From an uncultured delta proteobacterium (GTDB lineage Bacteria > Myxococcota_A > Polyangia > Polyangiales > B10-G4), in assembly GCA_963727445.1 (NCBI GenBank), contig CAVSGI010000021.1, positions 672,001 through 736,000 of the forward strand: a DNA stretch of 64,000 bases, in the 5' to 3' direction. A program made the translations under genes and the position numbers. Shown here one piece after another: positions 57,928 through 64,000 of the stretch. Numbering within the stretch: position 1 is the stretch's first letter; the number at the start of each line of letters is the position of its first letter. The notes below the pieces were generated by a model. The model was given only the letters and a program-made list of their open reading frames with translations, had not been told where the DNA came from and searched no databases.

Positions 57928-57944
57928 CTGGCGTCAGAGTTGCA
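57928..57944 (+). promoter_or_regulatory. Putative sigma54 (-24/-12) promoter
   Basis: CTGGCGTCAGAGTTGCA has GG-N10-GC spacing, about 115 bp upstream of 58060. Confidence 0.5.
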
Positions 57945-58059
57945 TCGGCGGCATCCGTAGCGGCCTCGCTTCTCGCCGGGGGGGTTCGCTTGCGGTGGGC
58001 GGGAGTGGCCGCCTACATTGGCTCGAACGGCGGGTTGTCGGCAGGTGAGGAGTTCCTTC

Positions 58060-60310
58060 ATGGCTTGTGTTCGATTTTGGGGGGCAGGCAGCTCCCCTCA
58101 CGGCCCTCTCGGGTTCGTGGCGACCCTGGTCGTCGTCGCGCTCGGCGTGATCCACGCCGGTTGCGGAGACGATGGGGGAAGGACGACAGACACCGGATCG
58201 ACCTCGGCCGACTCCGGCATGAGGATGGTGCGCTGCGGCGCCGGCGACGACGTCGACAACGACTACATCAGCTCCATGGACGAGGGCTCGGGCGACGCAG
58301 ACGGCGACGGCACCCCCAACGCCGAGGACACCGACTCCGATGGCGACGGGATCCCCGACGCGACCGAGGCGGGTGACATGGACTGCACCACACCGCCGGT
58401 CGACACCGATGGGGACGGGACCCCCGACTTCCTCGACACCGATGCGAATGGGGACGGGATCGCCGGACGCCGATCAGTCCGACACGGACCTCGACATGGA
58501 CGGGACCCCCGACGCGCTCGACCCGGACGTGGACGGCGACGGCATCTCGAACGTCGACGAGTTCGGCGATGGTTCCGAGGCGCGGTCGACACCGACGGTG
58601 ACGGGACCCCCGACGTCTTCGATCTCGACTCCGATGGCGACACCATCAGCGATGCCCAGGAAGGCACGCTCGATCCCGACGGCGACGGCATCCCGAACTA
58701 CCTCGACACCGACTCGGATGGCGACACCATCGACGACGCGGTCGAGGCCGGCGACGGCGACATCAACACGCCTCCCGCGGTCTGTGCGAACGAGATCAAC
58801 CCCGTCACCGGCGAGGTCATGGGCGATGCCTATGCGGATTACGTCGACGCCGACAGCGACAACGACGGCCTCTCCGACGGGATGGAGGTGGCGCTCGGCA
58901 CCGACGTCTGCAACGTCGACTCCGACGGTGACGGCCTGAGCGACCTGGCGGAGTGGGCGTACGAGAGCGTCAACTGCCCCGACGGCATGACCGGCGTGGA
59001 CTGCGGCTGCGCCACCAGCGCCGGCTGCACCATCCCCGACGAGCACTTCTACGTGGTCCTCCCCTACCTCGGCGATCCGCAGGAACGAGACCTCGACTTC
59101 GGCACCACCATCCGCGTGGCCGACGTCTTCTTCATCACGGACACCACCGGCTCGATGGGCGGCACGCTGAGCAGCGTGAAGTCGACGGTCGGCCGTCCGG
59201 GCACGGGTCTCATCGATCGCATCGCCGAGACGATCCCCGAAGCGTGGTTCGGCGGCGGGCAGCACGACGACTTCCCCTTCGGCTCCTACGGCGGCGGCTC
59301 GGACGAGCCCTTCATCCTGGCGATCGGTCAGACCCCCCCGGATCTGCCCGGCATGCCGGCCGGCTCCGGCCGCACCGCGGTGGCGACCGCCTTCAACGCC
59401 ATGATGCTTCACGGCGGTGGCGACGGCCCCGAGTCGCAGACCGAGGCGCTCTATCAGATCATCACCGGTGAGGGCGGGATGTGGACCGGCTCCGGCGGCG
59501 TCTACACCATGCGTCGCTACGCCGGCGATTGCCTCGACACCGGCTATGGCGCGCCCTGCTTCCGCGAGGCCGCGCTGCCGATCCTCGTCCACTTCAGCGA
59601 CATCTGCGCGCACGAGGGTCCGCCGGGCGAGTCCTCGAGCTGCAACCCCTACACCGGCATCACCCCGGCGCCCCACACCTGGGCGCAGATGATCGACGCG
59701 ATGAACACCCGCGGCGCGAAGTACGTCGGCATCGCGACCCGCACCACGACCACGCCCTGCTCGATGACCGTCGGCTCGTCGGGCACCGATCCCTGCTTCT
59801 TCATGAAGCGCACGGCGGAGGAGACGGGAACCGTCGACCTCGACGGCAACGCCCTGGTCTACAACCTCCCCGGGGGCGGCTCGGACCTCACCTTCGTGGA
59901 CACGGTGGTGGGCGCCATCGAGACGATCGCGACCCGCGTACCCCTCGACGTCGACACCGCGCTCCGCGACGACCCCTCGGACGCCGACGGGGTGGACGCC
60001 ACCCGCTTCATCAAGCGCCGCCAGCCGTCCTGCTCGGCCATGCCCCCGGCCGACCCCTGCTGGTGGCCCCCGATGGGCCTCGACCCCGCCGATGCGGTGG
60101 CGGCCATCGATTCCTCGACCTTCTTCGGGGTGATTCCGGGAACTACGGGTACAATTCCGTATCACGTTCCAAAACGACTTCTTCGAGGGTGGAACCACTG
60201 CGAAGGTCTTCGTCGCGTACATCGACGTGCGCGGCGGCGGCTCGGCGGTGCTCGACACTCGTCAGGTATTCATCGTGGTGCCGGCATCCAGCGCTGGCTT
60301 GCCCATTTGA
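58060..60310 (+). CDS. CglD-like lipoprotein (DxDxDG Ca-binding repeats plus integrin-beta-like vWA), frameshifts at about 58462, 58583 and 60148
   Basis: Many DxDGDG repeats; DVFFITDTTGSM, GGDGPES. The corrected C-terminus VQFRITFQND...LDTRQVFIVVP matches the downstream paralog. Confidence 0.8.
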
Positions 60311-60347
60311 TTCGTCTCCTTCTTATCCGGCCGGGAGGGTCTCGCTC

Positions 60348-62059
60348 ATGAAGTTCGCAGTTTCAGTTTCCACCCTCGCCATCGCCTTCGCGATGGCGTG
60401 CAGCTCGAGCCCCCGCAGCATGCGGACTGGTGACGGAGGGACGGATTCCGGACCCGTCACCTGTGATCTGACCGACACCGACGGCGACGGGATCCCCGAC
60501 GCGGTGGAATCCGATGGAGACCCGGACGGGGACGGCATCCCCAGCTTCCAGGATGACGACTCGGATGGCGACGGGATCCCCGACTCGGAAGAGGCCGGCG
60601 CAGGCAACCCCTGCACGCCCGCCGACACCGACATGGACGGCACCCCCGACTTCGTCGACACCGATTCGGACAACGACGGCCTGACCGATGACGAAGAGGT
60701 GATGCTGGGGACCAACCCGCTGCAGCAGGACTCGGACGGCGACGGCATCCCCGACGTGGTCGAGGTCCGCGGGAGCATGACCGACCCCACCGATCCCGCG
60801 AGCCGCATTCCGGACACCGACTTCTTCGTCGTCCTTCCCTACCTCGGTGACGAGCAGAACCGCACCCTGCGCTTCGGCACCAACATCGAGGTCGCGGACG
60901 TCTTCTTCCTCGTCGACATGACCGGGTCGATGCAGGGCGAGCGCACCAACCTGATCAACGGTCTGGTCGACGTGATCATCCCGGGTGTTCAGGCGGCGAT
61001 TCCGAACGTGCAGTTCGGTGCCGGCGGCATGGACGACTACCCGGTCAGTGGCTACGGCGGCGGCAACGACCAGCCGTTCTACCTTCTGCGGGAGATCGCG
61101 CCCGGTGACCAGGACATCGGCGGCTGGAGCATCAGCGCCGGCCCGACCACGTGTCCGAGCAATCCGGCGACGAAGGACATCGGCATGATCACCGGGTCCG
61201 GCAACGGCGTTCCGGACATCCTCGAGGCGGTTCAGGGGCTTCCCTGCCACGGCGGCTCCGACGGCCCCGAGTCCTACGTCCCGGCGATGTGGGCGACGGC
61301 GACCGGTGGCGGGCTCGACTGGGGCACGGGCTCGGTCCCACCGCAGAGCTGCCCGTCGATCCCCGACGAGATGGGAACCCGCCGCGGCTATCCCTGCTTC
61401 CGCCCCGGCGCGCTGCCCATCGTCGTCCTCTTCGGCGACTACTCCTTCCACAACGGTCCGGGGGGCTCGGAGCCCCTGACACCGCGCTTCCCATGGCGCC
61501 GACCTATGCCGAGACCGTCAGCGCGCTCACCGGCATCGGTGCGCGCGTGGTCGGCATCTTCTCGGGCACCGGCGGTCTCATCAGCGACTACCAGACCGTG
61601 GCCACCGACACCGGCTCGGTCCGCGCCGACGGCTCGCCCCTGGTCTTCACCATCTCGGGTGACGGCACCGGTCTCGACAGCACCGTGGTCGACGCCATCG
61701 CCGAGCTCGTCGGCGGAACGCCCCAGGACGTGTCGACCCGCACCGAGAACGTCCCGGGTAACCCGGACGACTTCGACGCCACCATGTTCATCAAGTCGAT
61801 CACGCCGCTCGAGGGCTACCAGGACGGCGTCGCCGGCGCGGGTTACACGTCGAAGGACGAGACGACCTTCTACGGCGTCATCCCCGGCACCGACGTCGAC
61901 TTCGACATCCTCTTCTGGAACGACGTGCGCATGCCGGCGTCGGTCAGCGAGGTCTTCGTCGCCAAGATCATCGTGGTGGGCAACGGGGTCGCCGACCTCG
62001 ACTCTCGCAACGTCTACATCCTCGTTCCGCGAGAGGGCAGCGGCCCGATCCTGATCTGA
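60348..62059 (+). CDS. CglD-like lipoprotein paralog, frameshift at about 61477
   Basis: Lipobox AMA-C; DxDGDG repeats; DVFFLVDMTGSM, GGSDGPES; continues in the frame of ORF 61151-62059. Confidence 0.8.
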
Positions 62060-62087
62060 GGGCACCGCCCCCATCCGGGGCGAACGT

Positions 62088-62119
62088 GAAGAAGGGCGGC
62101 CCGCGGGTCGCCCTTTTTC
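62088..62119. terminator. Bidirectional intrinsic terminator
   Basis: GAAGAAGGGCGGCC...GGTCGCCCTTTTTC hairpin between convergent genes. Confidence 0.8.
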
Positions 62120-62135
62120 GTGGCCGCGCCGCGTC

Positions 62136-63710
<1,575 letters not shown>

Positions 63711-63733
63711 TGATCGGATAATATTCCGAATTC

Positions 63734-64000
63734 GTGCGCCTCGCAGCTTCCATTGCCTTCCTCCTGACGGTGGTCACGTCTGTTCAGGCACAGGCACAGA
63801 CCAGTGACACCGCCCTCGCCCGCCAACTCTTCGAGCAGGGGATCGAGCTCGCCGACCAGGAAAACTGGGAGCAAGCGGCCGATCGCTTTCGTCGCTCCCT
63901 CGAGCTTCGGCCCTCCCCGATCGTGGCTTACAACCTCGGTTCCGCGCTCCAGGAGCTCGGCCGCCTGGTGGAGGCGTCGGAGGCGTTTCGACGCGCGATC
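63734..64000 (+). CDS. Exported TPR protein (runs off the window)
   Basis: Hand translation: MRLAASIAFLLTVVTSVQAQA...ARQLFEQG...WEQAADRFRRSLELRPSPIVAYNLG. Confidence 0.8.
   Translation, partial: MRLAASIAFLLTVVTSVQAQAQTSDTALARQLFEQGIELADQENWEQAADRFRRSLELRPSPIVAYNLGSALQELGRLVEASEAFRRAI

Overview
High-GC, gene-dense bacterial DNA. Gene content (PEGA proteins, Ser/Thr kinases, ECF-FecR-TPR module, Frz/Wsp-type chemosensory genes, MYXO-CTERM-like tail) points to a myxobacterium (Myxococcota, probably Polyangia); this is inferred, not searched. From left to right: the 3' end of a radical SAM/SPASM gene with an in-frame 105-bp palindromic tandem repeat, coupled to a Pro-rich lipoprotein carrying repeated short Gly-centred motifs; tonB-exbB-exbD-exbD plus an Oar-like TonB-dependent transporter; a chemosensory cluster whose receptor has a CHASE8-like sensor, next to a YfiR-family gene; coaE, dtd, astA; a complete rrn operon (16S, tRNA-Ile, tRNA-Ala, 23S, 5S); a lipoprotein resembling a sponge-expanded animal protein family; a peptidoglycan trio (L,D-transpeptidase, N-terminally short MurE, GT51 transglycosylase); acs; PEGA, ECF, FecR and vWA envelope genes; tmk; orphan T3SS-like sctQ and sctP-like genes interleaved with ctaA, then ctaB and SCO; pal-cpoB; two CglD-like vWA lipoproteins; two Ser/Thr kinases. 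Six single-base frameshifts are most likely sequencing errors. Many genes have a TANNNT -10 box 6-9 nt before the start codon, suggesting leaderless mRNAs. No CRISPR array, transposase or prophage was seen. Best candidates for an undescribed system: the radical SAM/lipoprotein pair (1-1508) and the YfiR/CHASE8-MCP chemosensory module (7310-15018).
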